In this document: piece after piece, positions 1 through 47,480 of the stretch
Position numbering within the stretch: position 1 is the stretch's first letter
Layout: each line of letters starts with the position of its first letter
Source of the DNA: the human T2T-CHM13v2.0 reference genome, Homo sapiens
Assembly: GCF_009914755.1 (NCBI RefSeq)
Contig: NC_060931.1
Length of the DNA: 64,000 nt
Reading direction: 5' to 3' (one strand)
Position numbers and translations under genes: made by a program
Notes under the pieces: generated by a model
Told to the model about the DNA's origin: nothing
Database searches by the model: none
The model's input: the letters and a program-made list of their open reading frames with translations, nothing else

Positions 1-470
<470 letters not shown>

Positions 471-473
471 AAG

Positions 474-1589
<1,116 letters not shown>

Positions 1590-2196
1590 TTTTCATTTTT
1601 TTTTTTTTTTCTGTCTCCGAAGACTGGCCTCTTTCCAGGATGACTTTCAGTGAAATTTCCACTCCTTTCAGGGGAAACACAACTCCCACCCACACTGATA
1701 ACAGACATTTCCTTCTTGCTGCATCAGGATGATGAGAATTGAAGTCTGGTTTAACCCTGTCCTTAACCTTCCCTGGGGCCCTGGATGGGTAGTTCTGTAG
1801 CTCCCGGCCTCTTGCTGACCACTGGACCAAAATACACAGAAGAATCCTATACAAGGTAAGCATTTGACGGATACCTCTTAGGTGGCCTCAGCTTTAGGAA
1901 GCTTTATTGGATCCAAAAATAGCTTTATTTCCCCAGGCCAGCCTCCCCACATACCTTGCCTCCAGCTTAGTGTCACAGTGCCTGTATCTCTGTGCGAAGA
2001 GTGATATTGGGGTGTTTGCAGGCTGGACTCAGAGCTGAAAGTCTCCCTGCCAAGTAGTGAGCATTTCACTATTCACGGAGGTGCCCCAGGGGCCAGCAGA
2101 GAGATTTCCAGAACAGGAAACACCCCCGCAGAAGTGGAGATCAACAGTAACAACAATGTATATTTCTAAACAGAACAGTGACTCATATTAAACATC

Positions 2197-3134
2197 TGTT
2201 TCACAATAGGGCCTTATATGCAAAACAACCCTAAGTATAGAAGGAGCCAAGAAACCAAAGAATGAGGCAGACAAATCCAGTTTGTCATCACGGGGTGTTT
2301 CACTGGGGGAACTATGGACAGAAGCATCGTCTTGGATGGCCACAAGGCAGGTAGATCTCCATGCTGTTACATCCCAGACTCAGGAACTATATACCATAAG
2401 GAAAGAATGCACATGCTCCAGAAGGAATGTGTAGGAATTTGCTTAAGGGCAGGATTTACAGTAAGTAGGAGTTCATCAAGGTTGATTTGATCCAAGTGTT
2501 ACCAGAAAGGGGTCCCGATCCAGACCCCAACAGAGGGTTCTTGGATCTCGCGCCAGAAAGAATTCAGGGCAAGTTCATAAAGTAAAAGCAAGTTTATTAG
2601 GAAAGTAACGTGGTGAAGGACACAGCTACTCCACAGACAGGTTAGGAAGAGGAGGAATGTGTCCACCCTGGAGACAATACTTGTTTATATATAGCATAAG
2701 AAAAGATTATGGGGAGATGTGTTCTGCTACAAGGGTTTGTGATAAAGGATTAATTTTCTTACTGTATTTCGCAAGAATCGAAATTATCGTAGGAACGCTT
2801 CTGTTGTCAAGATATCGGGATATCAGGACACTCCTAAGTCTGGGTCTGTTTAGTAAACATTGTCAATCTGTTCCCTTAACTGTAAACATCTGGAGGCTAG
2901 GAATACCTCACTTTCTGGGAGTGCGGCCCAGCAAGCCCCAGCCTCATTTTTCTTAGCCCTCACTCAAGATGGAGTCACTCTGGTTCTAACGCCTCTGGCA
3001 TAAGGGCAGGATTAATGGTAAGTATGCGCTTTTATATAAGGAATGATAGATAAACTGGAAATCTTAGAGGCATTCTTGGAACCAGGGTTAATCAGAAGCC
3101 TAGCTTCCAAGATGGAGTTATTTCAGCCTCCACA
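2197..3134 (-). mobile_element. ERVL solo LTR (LTR47-like), host of a nested LTR
   Basis: TG...CA termini; perfect 5-bp TSD ACATC (2192-2196, 3135-3139); minus strand starts TGTGGAGGCTGAAATAACTCCATCTTGGAAGCT. Confidence 0.75.
2497..3000 (-). mobile_element. ERV1 solo LTR (LTR15/MER41-related)
   Basis: TGTTACCAGAAAGGGGTCCCGATCCAGACCCC...GCCTCTGGCA; 4-bp TSD CAAG/TAAG. Confidence 0.8.
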
Positions 3135-3180
3135 ACATCTCTTCAGATAGATGGGACTTCACAGATTTCCCCAAGAATCA

Positions 3181-3980
<800 letters not shown>

Positions 3981-3992
3981 TAAACAAAAGTT

Positions 3993-4046
3993 TATATATA
4001 TGTATATATACACACACACATATATATGTGTGTGTATATATATGTA

Positions 4047-4100
<54 letters not shown>
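3993..4100. repeat. Compound (TA)n/(CA)n/(TG)n microsatellite
   Basis: Seen directly. Confidence 0.95.
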
Positions 4101-4103
<3 letters not shown>

Positions 4104-4104
4104 C

Positions 4105-4399
4105 AAAGAAATATATTTGTGGGTAAAATACTTTGATTTCTTTCAGGGCCTGCTATCTGTCATGCTGGTATCTCATTGCTAAAGAGTGTGTTTTGTCCAT
4201 CTTAAGGTTTCTCTTTTCATGTTCATGCTTGTTGGCTATACCTGAATTTCAAAGGGAGGTGGGTATAATGAGGCATGTCCAAACACCCCTTCCCATGATG
4301 GCCTGTACTAGTGTTTCAGGTTAACTTTGGAATGCCCTTGGCTGAAAGAGGAGTCCATTCTGTTGATGGGGGTGCTTAGAATTTTATTTTTGGTTTGCA
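4105..4399 (-). mobile_element. MER4-family ERV1 LTR, 5' fragment
   Basis: Minus strand begins TGCAAACCAAAAATAAAATTCTAAGC...GCCAAGGGCATTCCAAAGTTAACCTGAAA, typical of MER4B/D. Confidence 0.75.
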
Positions 4400-4464
4400 C
4401 AGGAACTATTCACACTTGACAGCTCTTCAGATATTTTCAAACATGTTAGTCCCTGACTTTGGTT

Positions 4465-9408
<4,944 letters not shown>

Positions 9409-9788
9409 CATTTTGGTCTGGGGAGTTTTCAAGGGATTGAGGTAGGAGTGTGTGTGCATGTATATGTGTGTGTGTTTAGCAATTCAGCTGCAGCTGGAAA
9501 GAGGCAGAGGAAGTTATGTCAAAATGTATAGAAGAAGTTGTGGTTGCAGGACTATGGCTGAGGGTCTGTTTCTCTGGAAGGCATGGCGTACATTGACCTT
9601 GGTTGGCAGCAATATCTCAGAGTGGAACTCTCCTAAGTCAGCGTGTGCTCACTGTGATTGAAGGCTTGCAATCGCTGAGAAATAGCCATGTCTTGTCAGC
9701 ACCAGGCCATGGGAATGGAAGAATATTTGCCCTAAAGTTGCTAATGTTCACCCAATGAAGATGATTTTTAATTTAGTTATCATTTATT

Positions 9789-11525
<1,737 letters not shown>

Positions 11526-11810
11526 TTATCATTTATTTTAATAACTACTGTGCATAGATAATGTCCCAGGCTCTCTGGGAAGTACAAAGATGATTCAGAT
11601 TTAGGATCTACCCCAATAACCTTGGCATCTGTTCATATTTTTGGGGGTGATAGGGGAGGTTTGAGATAGGATCTCCCTCGGTCACCAAGGCTGGAATGCA
11701 GTGGTGCAATCACAGCTCAGTGAAGCCTTGAGCTTCTGGGCTCAAGCAGTCCTCCCGCCTCAGCCTCCTGAGTAGCTGGGACTACAGGCGTGCGACCACC
11801 ATACCGGGCT

Positions 11811-11843
<33 letters not shown>

Positions 11844-11959
11844 TAGGGACAGGGTTTCAGCATGTTGCCCAGGCTGGTCTTGAACTCCTAGGCTCAAGCA
11901 ATTCTCCCGTCTCGGCCTCTCAAAGTGCTGGGATTACAGGCGTGAGCCACCATGCCAGG

Positions 11960-15530
<3,571 letters not shown>

Positions 15531-15654
15531 TTTGCCAGGCGTGGTGGCTTACGCCTGTAATCCTAGCACTTTGGGAGGCTGAGGAGAGAGGATCACTTGA
15601 GTCCAGGAGTTCATTCAAGACTAGCCTGGGCAACATGGCGAAACCTCATCTCTA

Positions 15655-15771
<117 letters not shown>

Positions 15772-17016
15772 CTACACTTCAGCCTGGGCAACAGAGCAAG
15801 ACTCCACCTCAAAAAAAAGAAGAAGAAGAAAGAAGAAGAAGAAGTTGTGGGTAGAGGAAAGACTGTCTAGTCCGATTGAGGTTTCTCTCAAAAGCGTAGG
15901 ATACACTGACCTACGTCAGCCACTGGCAACATTTCAGAAAATGATTCGATAAGTCATTATGTTCTATTGTCATTAAACGGTTGTCAAAATTGCTAAGAAA
16001 TAGGAACCTCTTCCTAGCCCCATGGGCTCTGGGAATGAAAAAAGTAATTGCCCTAAAGCTGCTAATGCTTACCCATAGAAAATAATGTCCATTTAATTAT
16101 CATTTACTTTAATAAGAAACTACTAAACATCAGGCAGTGTACTAGGTTCCCTGAGAGGAATGAAATTGATCCAGGTTTAGGGTCTACTCTCAAGAAACTG
16201 GAAATATCTTCATATTTAAATTTTACTTGAATATCCACATACAGGGAAATTTATTCCTTTTGGTGTACAATTCTATCTGAGTTTTCGTTTTCTTCTTCTT
16301 TTTTTTTTTTAATGAGATAGGATCTGGCTGTGTTGTCCAGGCTGATCTTGAACTCCTGGGGTCAAGCGATCCTTTTACCTCAGCCTCCCAAAATGCTGGG
16401 ATTATAACAGATGTAAGACAGACTGCCCAGCACTTTGACCAATTTTTAATTGAGTTGTCTTGTTATTGTTGAGTTGTAGGCATCATTCTTTATATTGTGG
16501 ATACTAAGCCTTTATCAGATAGGTGATTTACACACACTTCTCCCATTTGGTGGGTTGTCTTTTAATTTTCTTGATAGGGTTCTTTTTTTTTTTTGAAACA
16601 GAGTCTTGCTCTGTTGTCTAGGCTAGAGTGCGGTGGTATAATCTCGGCTCGCTGCAACCTCCGCCTCCCAAGTTCAAGCGATTCTCGTGCCTCAGCCTCC
16701 TGAGTACCTGGGATTACAGGTGCACGCCAACACTTCTGGGTAATTTTTGTACTTTTAGTAGAGATGGGTTTTTGCCGTGTTGGCCAGTCTGGTCTTGAAC
16801 TCCTGAACTCAAGTGATCCACCCGCCTCGGCCTCCCCAAGTGCTGGGATTACAGGCATGAGCCACTGCGCCCAGCCTCGATAGTGTCCTTTGACACACAC
16901 AAATTCTTAATTTTCATGAAGTCCAACTTATCAATATTTTCTTTAGTTGCTTGTGCTTTGGGGGTCAAAAGAAAGAAACCACTGCCTGATCAAAGGGCAC
17001 AGAGAATTTTCTTCTA

Positions 17017-17139
<123 letters not shown>

Positions 17140-17157
17140 CTAAAAATACAAAAATTA

Positions 17158-17355
<198 letters not shown>

Positions 17356-17581
17356 CTATTTTGAATGGATTTTGCACATGAGATGAGTTCAACTTTATTA
17401 TTTTGCATGTAGATATCCAGTTGTCCCAACACCGTCTGTTGAAAAGACTCTTTCCCCTAGAATGGTCTTAGCACTGTTGTCAAAATCAGTTCACCAATAA
17501 AACCATCTGGTCCTGGACCTTTATTTGTTGGAGGTTTTTTGATAACTCTGCTGGTTATGTGTCTGTTCTATTTCTTCTTGA

Positions 17582-18040
<459 letters not shown>

Positions 18041-18252
18041 TGAAGTGATCCTCCCACCTCAGCCTCCCAAAGTGCTGGGATTACAGGCATGAGCTACTGT
18101 GCCTGACCCCCTTCCAATACTTTTTATTTCTGTAAGGTACGTAGTAATATCTCCTCTTTCATTCCTGATTTTCTTATTTGAATCCTCTCTCTCTCTCTCT
18201 CTTCGGTCTGGCTAAAGGTTTGTCAATTATGTTTATCTTTTCAGAGAATCAA

Positions 18253-19206
<954 letters not shown>

Positions 19207-19209
19207 TGA

Positions 19210-19416
<207 letters not shown>

Positions 19417-19705
19417 TAGTATATTTTTAAGCATCTGGAAGTATTTTATAATTGCTTTTTTTATGTGTGTGTGGAGACAGTGTCTCACTATGTTGCCCAG
19501 GCTGGTCTCAAACTCCTGGGCTCAAACAATCCTCCCACCTTGGCCTCCGAAAGTGCTGGTAAAAGGTGTGAGCCACCGCGCCCAGCTCTATTTTCTAATT
19601 CCCTTGGTGATTTCTCCTTGGATCCATTGGATATTGAGAAGTGTGTTGTTTAATTTCCACATTTTTTTTCTGTTATTGAATTCTAATTTCATTTCACTGT
19701 AATAG

Positions 19706-19936
<231 letters not shown>

Positions 19937-20050
19937 TAGCCAGGATGGTCTTGATCTCCTGATCTTGTGATCCACCCGCCTCAGCCTCCCAAAGTGCTGG
20001 GATTACAGGGATGAACCTCCGCGCCCGGCCAATTTTCTTTTTCTTTTTGA

Positions 20051-20488
<438 letters not shown>

Positions 20489-21111
20489 TGAGCCACCGCG
20501 TCCGGCCAACTGTTTGTATTTTTAGCAGAGACAGGGTTTTGCCATGTTGCCCAGGCTGCTCTCAAACTCCTGGGCCCAAGCAATCTTCCCATCTTGGCCT
20601 CCCAAAGTGCTGGGATTATAGGCACGAGCCACATCATTTCAATCCTCTTACATTTATTGAGATTCACTTTATGGCCTAATGTGTGTTCTGTTTATCCTGG
20701 AGAATGTTCCACGTATACTGGAGAAGACTATATAGTCTGCTGTTGTTGAATGTTCTATCTGTGCCTGTCAGGTTTAGTTGGTTGATAGCGTTGTTCCAGT
20801 CTTCCATAACCATGCTGATTTTCTGTCTAGCTGTCCTATCCATTATTGCAAGTGGAAGTACACACACTAGTGGAATTACCCACAGTAGTGGAATTACTAG
20901 GTCATATGGTAATTCTATGTCTTAGCTTTTTGAGGAACTGCCAAACTGTCTTCTGTAGCAGCTGCATCATTTTACGTTTCCATCAGCAGTGCAAAAGGAT
21001 TCCAGTCTTGCCACATCCTTGCCGGCGCTTGTTATTTTCTGTTTTTTTAAAAATATGTCATAGCTATCCTAATAAGGTGTGAAGTGGTATCTCATTGTCT
21101 TTTCAGTTTGA

Positions 21112-21435
<324 letters not shown>

Positions 21436-21454
21436 TAGTAGAGACAGGGTTTCA

Positions 21455-21823
<369 letters not shown>

Positions 21824-22288
21824 TTAAAAAAAAAAAATTTTTTTTAAGTTTTAAATTTTGATGAAGTTCAACTTCTCTATTTTTTCTTTTATTGCCTTTT
21901 TATGGCTTTTGGTGACACATCCAAGAAATCATTGCCAAAGCCAATGTGTTTTCTTCTAAGAGTCTTATAAGTTTTACCTCTTATATTTAGGTCTTTGACT
22001 CATTTGGAGTTAATTTCTGTATATGGTGTGAGGGAAGGGTCAAATGGCATTTTTTTTTTTTTTTTTTTTTTTGCATATGGATATCCCACTTTTCTCAGCA
22101 CCGTTTGTTGAAAATGTTGCCTTTTCCCCATTGAATGGTCTAGGTCCTCATGTCAAAAAGCAATTGACTTTAAATATGAGGGTTTATTTCTGTGTTCTTT
22201 CTTCTATTCCATTGGTCCACATTTCTGTCCTTGCACCAGTTCTGCACCATTTTGTCACCTTGAATCACTTTGAATAGACTCACTGCTC

Positions 22289-25344
<3,056 letters not shown>

Positions 25345-26275
25345 TCATTAGTCATTACCCTCCCAGCTTAACCTCTCTAAGCAACTTCCCACTGTCCTTG
25401 GAAACAGCATCTACTTTCCTCGCCATGGCCTCCAAGGGCTTGCCTACACTATTTGACTCCTGCCTGTCTCGCTTCCCGTGCCCTGCTGAAGGCAAGTGTT
25501 GGACACATCTAAGGGATGCCAGCCAGCAGGGTTGGGAGGGAGTTGGCATTTCTTCCCAAGGGGATGTGTGCTTGGGCAGTGGACCTGCAGACTGTGCCCA
25601 TCCTATGAATGTGGGGAAAGAGAGCATGGCACATGAATGCTAGGGAAGGCAGGCTGCAGTTTCATAACTTTGGGGGATTGCCCGAAGGTACGATGGACCT
25701 GGGGAAATTGGGGCATTGGGGTGCCTGTTTAAAGCCATCGTCTGTAAGTGAGCCATGTCACAGGCCAGCCAGCAGAGGACAGTATTCTGCTTTGGGATGA
25801 GGCCATTTCTCCATCAGACCAGAGGAAGCCAAACCCAGCTGTCCATCTACCACGGGGCAGTGAGGACCCGGCGTGGGGGCTGCAGAGCAGTTAAATGAGC
25901 CGGAGTCTGCAGCTGGCAACCAACCCCTGCGTTCTACCGATGACAGCCTCCTGTTGAACAAGGAGCCGCACTGCTCCCTGGGGCACGGGCCTGAGAAGCT
26001 GGGACCACCCGGGGTTGGGGGCTGGAGGGACCTGATGTCCTGCTCCCCTGGGATGCCCAGGTGGTGGATGAGGTCCAGGTCCCACCCAACCCTCAACCAT
26101 TCCATCCCTGCAGTCATTCCGTGCCTTCCCAAGGTGTCTGCAGATGTGCAGTGGAGGTTGGGGGTCAATCCAGGAACCACCCGAGAACTGGCTAAGTGGG
26201 ATGCCTGGCACTGGTCCCAGAGCTGTCTCAGCTGTGCAAAGTGAGATATCACCTTCTAAACCCTACGATGCACCT

Positions 26276-27319
<1,044 letters not shown>

Positions 27320-27552
27320 TAAATAAAATTTTAATAAAACTTTTTTTTTTAATGCCAATATAGTCATGTCTGTAATCCCAGTGCTTTGGAAGGCCAAGGC
27401 AGGAGGATTGCTTGAGGCCAGGAGTTCGAGACCAGCCTGGGCAATATAGCTAGAACTTCTGTTTACCAAAAAAATGCTGATGTGTCAAAAATAAATATTT
27501 TTCATCACTGGCTCAAATTTTAATATCTTCCTTTGCCATGTATACTGCATGA

Positions 27553-27842
<290 letters not shown>

Positions 27843-28472
27843 TAGTAGAGACGGGGTTTCACCATGTTGGCCAGGCTGGTCTCGAAGTCCTGACCTCGTG
27901 ATCCACCTGCCTCGGCCTCCCGAAATGCTGGGATGACAGGCGTGAGCCACAATGCCCAGCCTATAACATTTTTATAAATGTTTTTGAGTGAATGGAGAAA
28001 TTAATTACTCTGTTCTGTGATGCTTGGTGTTTGTCAGCTTTAAATCCCCCATAGCACTCAGATCTTAGAGACAGAACTTTGGTCTTTATGGGTGAATTAC
28101 AACCAATTCCATTTACATTACTTTCATTTCTCTATATGCTAAAGTTACCTTTTTTTTTTTCTTCAGTCTATTGCCCAAGCTGGAGTGAGGTGGTGCGATA
28201 TCAGCTCATTGCAGCCTCCAACTTTTGGGCTCAAGCAATCCTCCCACCAGCCTCCCGAGTAGCCAGGACTACAGGCATGCGCTACCATGCCAGGCTTATT
28301 TTTAAAATTTTTTGTAGAGATGGAGTCTCACTATGTTGCCCAGATTGGTCTCAAACGCTTGGCCTCAAGCGATCCTGCCTCAGCCTCCTAAAGCACTGGG
28401 ATTACAGACGTGAGCTACTTATTGATAAATTTCTGGATTATAGAAGGTCATATAGGTTTAAATTGATAAATT

Positions 28473-28909
<437 letters not shown>

Positions 28910-29102
28910 CCTTGCAGGAATTTCAGCACACGTGCCCACAAATACAGGACCAATGCCTTTGCCGCCTGGGTTATACTCTACACTTGAGCTGCTCTTGTTT
29001 TTATATTATAGACTGCTGTTCATTTAGCTTCGTCATGATTGATTCGTTTGTGGTGGGTTGCTTGTCCTGCTGTAGAATGTGTAGTAAGATCTATTTGCTT
29101 CA

Positions 29103-29457
<355 letters not shown>

Positions 29458-29598
29458 TCAAATATGAACTGCCTATACTCCTATGGATCACTTGAGGTCA
29501 GGAGTTCAAGACGAGCCTGGCCAACATGGCAAAACCCCGTCTCTACTAAAAATACAAAAATTAGCCGGTGTCGTGGCATTCACCTGTAATTCCAGCTA

Positions 29599-29730
<132 letters not shown>

Positions 29731-30060
29731 TCACAGCCCCACCCTCCCACCCACAGTTTTTCCCTTGTGCAGTGACTCAATTGCAAATGCCAAGTTCCTC
29801 CTCTTCCTCCCCAAGTTACAAAGTGAAAACATATAGCGTAGGCAGGTTGCGGGGGGCCTATCAATCCACAAAGTTTAGGAGCCCCTGGTGTAGCAAGAAG
29901 AACCACGAACCTACCGTCAGGTGAGCTGATGTGGATTCTGCTGCTCTATGGCTGTGTGAGCTTGCCAAGTCACTTTACCTCTCTGAGCCTTTAGATTCTT
30001 CTAAAAATGGAGCTGTTATATCCAATTTCCAGATTTGTTGTAAAAATTAAACATGGGTTA

Positions 30061-30258
<198 letters not shown>

Positions 30259-30468
30259 TCACCTGAGGTCAGGAGTTGGAGACCAGCCTGGCCAACCTGG
30301 TGAAACCCCGTCTCTACTAAAAATACATGGCCGGGCGCGGTGGCTCACGCCTGTAATCCCAGCACTTTGGGAGGCCGAGGCGGGCAGATCACGAGGTCAG
30401 GAGATCGAGACCATCCTGGCTAACATGGTGAAACCCCATCTCTACTAAAAATACAAAAAAAAAAATTA

Positions 30469-30664
<196 letters not shown>

Positions 30665-30667
30665 TTA

Positions 30668-30844
<177 letters not shown>

Positions 30845-31196
30845 TCAAAAAAAAAAAAAAAAAAAGTGGTAAGTGGTGCTTTTGGAAAGTGCTTTGTAAA
30901 CTACAGAGTCCTCTACAAAGACTCTTCTGTTGTCCTCCTTTTGTAAACCCAAAGTGCTCAGCACAAGGCCTGGCACACAGGAGGCACTAAATAAATACTT
31001 ACCAAATTAATAAATCAGTGGCCAGGTGTGGTAGCTCACGCCTGTAATCCCAGCACTTTGGGAGGCCGAGGCGAGCAGATCCCTTAAGGTCAGGAGCTTG
31101 AGACCCGCCTGGCCAACATGGTGAACACCCCATATCTATTAAAAATACAAAAATTAGCTGAGCCTGGTGGTGCATGCCTGTAACTCCAGCTACTCA

Positions 31197-31355
<159 letters not shown>

Positions 31356-31429
31356 TCATTTCTAGCCTTCTGCCTTAGCTCTCCCCTCTGCAGTGACACA
31401 GAATCAATCATCTTCCTCTCCTCCCAGTA

Positions 31430-31800
31430 AGCCCTTCAGATAGTTCAGCCAGTGGCCATGACCCCTGAAGCTTCTCCAGGGAGGCCTCCTGGTCCCTGCA
31501 ACTGTTCCTCATCAGACATCTTTGGAAGGTTCCCCTCTGTCCCAGTCCTGGTCACTTTTTATTGCACAAGTTCCGATTTGCCTACATCTTTTTTCAGAGT
31601 ATATGTCTAGAAGAAGAACCGGAACTCTTAGGGTGACCTGACAGGCACAGAGAGGAAGGGACCACCCCATCTCTTCCTTTTTCCAAGCCCCAGACCTCAG
31701 TGACAACAGCTCAGGATCCCAAGTTCTCAAGATGCTATTTTTAGCCCACTCCTGATTCATATTCTGCTTCCTGCTGGGTAAAACCTTAATTATTCTTTTG
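31430..31800 (-). mobile_element. L3/CR1 LINE fragment
   Basis: Diverged match to CR1-type motifs (CCCTTCAGATA..., AACTGTTCCTCAT..., CCTGGTCAC...). Confidence 0.5.
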
Positions 31801-31880
31801 GCTGGGCTCGGTGGCTCACACCTATAATCCCAGCAGTTTGGGAAGCTGGGGCGGGTGGATCACTTGAGGTCAGGAGTTCA

Positions 31881-32138
<258 letters not shown>

Positions 32139-32194
32139 TTAATCTTTAACTGAACTTTAGCAATTTTATCAGTTATGGATATAGGCAATGAAAC

Positions 32195-33142
<948 letters not shown>

Positions 33143-33737
33143 GGCCAAAAGCCAAAAAATTCAAAGAGCCTGCCTGCCTGCCTCCCTTCCTTCCAGACAT
33201 TTCCTGAAGGCCTACTCTGTGCAGGACTCTACATGGTGCTGTCCCTCAAGAAGCTCACAGTCTGGGAAGAGAGACAGACACAACAAACAGGATTTTTTTA
33301 AAAATATTTTTTTAAATATAATAGAAATGGGGGTCTCACTATGTTGTCCAAAGGCTAGTCTCTAACTTGTGGGCTCAAGCAATCCTCCTGCTTTGGCCTC
33401 CCAAAGTGCTGGGATGACAGGTGTGAGCCACTGCACCCAGCCTTTCTTTTTTGTTTGTTTGTTTGTTTGTTTGTTTGTTTGTACAGACAGGGGTCTCACT
33501 ATGTTGCCCAGGCTGGTCTCAAACTCTTGGGCTCAAGTGATCCTCCTGCCTGGGCCTCCCAAAGTGCTGGGATGACAGGCGTGAGCTGCTGTGACTGGCC
33601 AAAAACCAGGAAGTAAATACCGTGTTATACTTGCCATGGTAGAGATGTGTGTAGTGGTAGAAATAGAACAACCTGGCTGGGCACAGGGGCTCACGCCTGT
33701 AATCCCAGCACTTTGGAAGGCCAAGGCAGGTGGATCA

Positions 33738-34300
<563 letters not shown>

Positions 34301-34940
34301 CTAATGACCCAAGTTCAAATCCTAGCTCTTCCACTAACTCACAGTGTGACCTCCTCACATCCTATTCGTCCCTCGGTCAATCTTATCTGTTTTCTTCATC
34401 AAAACCCTGCAAGATAAGACTTAGTTCCCATTTTATAGATGAGGAAACTGAGGCTCCCTTACCCAAGATCACTCAGGCAGCGAGTGAAAGAGCCAGGGTG
34501 AGGTCCTGCTTCCTCCTGACTTCCAGCCTGAGCTCCACCAGCTCCACACTGGCTGCTTCTCAAATGCTAATGTAGGAGCCATTAATGTCTCCTTTAAGGG
34601 AACATTAAAGGAAATGGCCAGTATAACATGGTATTTATCTCCTGGTTTTTGGCTTGGCTCATGCCTGGAATCCCAACACTTTGGGAGGCCCAGGCACGAG
34701 GATCACTTGAGCCCAAGAGTTTGAGACCAGCCTGGGCAACATAGTGAGACCTCTGTCTGTACAAACAACAACAACAAAAAGGCCCAGTGGGCTGGGCGTG
34801 GTGGCTCAAGCCTGTAATCCCAGCATTTTGGGAGGCTGAGATCTCAGGCGGATCACCTGAGATCGGGAGTTCGAGACCAGCCTGACCATCATGGTGAAAC
34901 CCCGTTTCTGCTAAAAATGCAAAATTAACCGGGCATGCTA

Positions 34941-35066
<126 letters not shown>

Positions 35067-36751
35067 TCAGTCTCAAAAAAAAAAAAAAAAAGTGCAGTGT
35101 CTCACACCTGCAATCCTAGGTTTCCCTTAAGGGAAACGTGAATATCTCCTGCAACTGCCCTCTCCGAGCCTAAACCCTCTGCACAGCAAATGCAGAAAAC
35201 TCTTTCTACAGAGAGCTAGGTGGGCTGACTGGCCATGCCATCCTAGACTGGTGTACCTCAGGTCTCCTCTTCAAAAAATATCTTGAAATTCTTGCCAGAA
35301 ATTCAGTGTGAAATGCATTCGGGATGGTGGCTGTTGTTATAACAGTCCCCAGGGGTCTCAATTACGTGAGAACCCTCGGCTTCTGGACAAGAGACAAGGA
35401 AGGGAAGTAGGTCACATCCCAAAGGCATCAGGGCTAATAACTTTGCATTGAACATTTTCTGTGGCCCCACTGTGTGCTAGGTGCCAGGGCTGTGGATACA
35501 GACACAGGTATAAATCAGACATGGCTTCTGCCCTTGGTAAGCTCACAATTACGGGCACAAATATGCAATGATAGTATAATATGGGAAGTGCCTCAGGAGG
35601 CTGAGGCAGCGAACTGCTTGAACCAGGGAGGAGGAGGTTACAGTGAACAGACATTACAGCACTGCACTCCAGCCTGGGTGACAGAGCAAGACTTCGTCTC
35701 AAAAAAAAAAAAAAAAAATTCCTGGAAGACTTGTTGCCTAATTTTAAGTTACTTAACTTCTCTGTATCTCCATTGCTTCATCTGTAAAACGGGCGTAATT
35801 ACAGAACCAGCCTCACAAGGGTTGTGAAAATGTAATGAGTAACTACATAAAAAGCACACAACAGGCTAGGCATGGTGGCTCACACCTGTCATCCCAGCAC
35901 TTTGGGAGGCCAAGGCGGGACGATTGCCTAAGCCCAGGAGTTCAAGACCAGCCTGGGCAACAGAGCAAGATCCCATCTCTACAAAAAAGAAGCAGCTAGC
36001 TAGGTGCGGTAGCACGCACCTGTGGTTCCAGCTACTTGGGAGGCTGAGGCAGGAGGATACCATGAGCCCGGGAGGTCAAGGCTGCAGTGAGCTATGATTG
36101 TGCTACTGAAGCAGGACACACAAGCCCCAAAATTTAGCCTCCTTCCTTCAGAGCCAGCAGGAGCTTCTAAGCTATGGGGGGCAGCAGTTACAGCTGAGTC
36201 AAACCAAAGCCTGCAGCCAAGGGCAAGGAGCTGATAACACTAGGGTGGGTGTGTGGGGAAGGAGCCAAATACTTCTACCATGTGAGGGGAGGGAGTACTG
36301 GGCAGGGTCACTGGAGAAAGCGAAAAAGGTAGTACCCTTGAAGGTACTGCTGGGCACAGTGGCTCATGTCTGTAATTCCAGGACTTTGAGAGGTCAAGGC
36401 AGGCTTATCACCTGAGGTCAGGAGTTCGAGACCAGCCTGGCCAATGTGGTGAAATCCCATATCTACTAAAAATGCAAAAATTAGCTGGGCGTGGTGATGC
36501 ACACCTGTAGTCCCAGCTACTTGGGACTCGGGAGGCTGAGGCACAAGAATCACTTGCATCTGGGTGGCAGAGGTGGCAGTGAGCAGAGATCACGCCACTG
36601 CACTCCAGCCTGGGTGACAGAGTGAGACTCTTGTCAAAAAAAAAGGAAGGTCTACCTTAAACAGCTGTTCTCCAGCAAAAGCACTTTTCAAACTGTAAAG
36701 TGCTGAAATAGATCTCGGTTATGAGTGTTCTATTACATCCCTAACTTTTGA

Positions 36752-37069
<318 letters not shown>

Positions 37070-37321
37070 TGAGCCACCGTGCCCAGCCTCCTGCCCCTTT
37101 TCTTCAATATGAAGATAAAGCTGCCCCTGGCTGTACTGGAGGCCAATTCCGGGCCATAGCAGGAGGAACTGAGTTCTAATTCTGTCTTTGCCATGTAACT
37201 GAATTACCCAGGGCCCTCCCTAGTCCTGTTTCCTCTTTGGTGTAATAGGGATGAATACAGATGGGAAGATCGTGATATGAAAGAGTTCTGTGAGCTGTAA
37301 GGCATAATAATCATGAGGTAT

Positions 37322-47480
<10,159 letters not shown>

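Noticed and set aside
1945-2110. Minus-strand frame with chemokine-like fragments (LCW...SPACKHPNI...GKVCG)
   Set aside because: Four stops, no true CC, wrong spacing to the last Cys and no intron at the expected place; consistent with chance.
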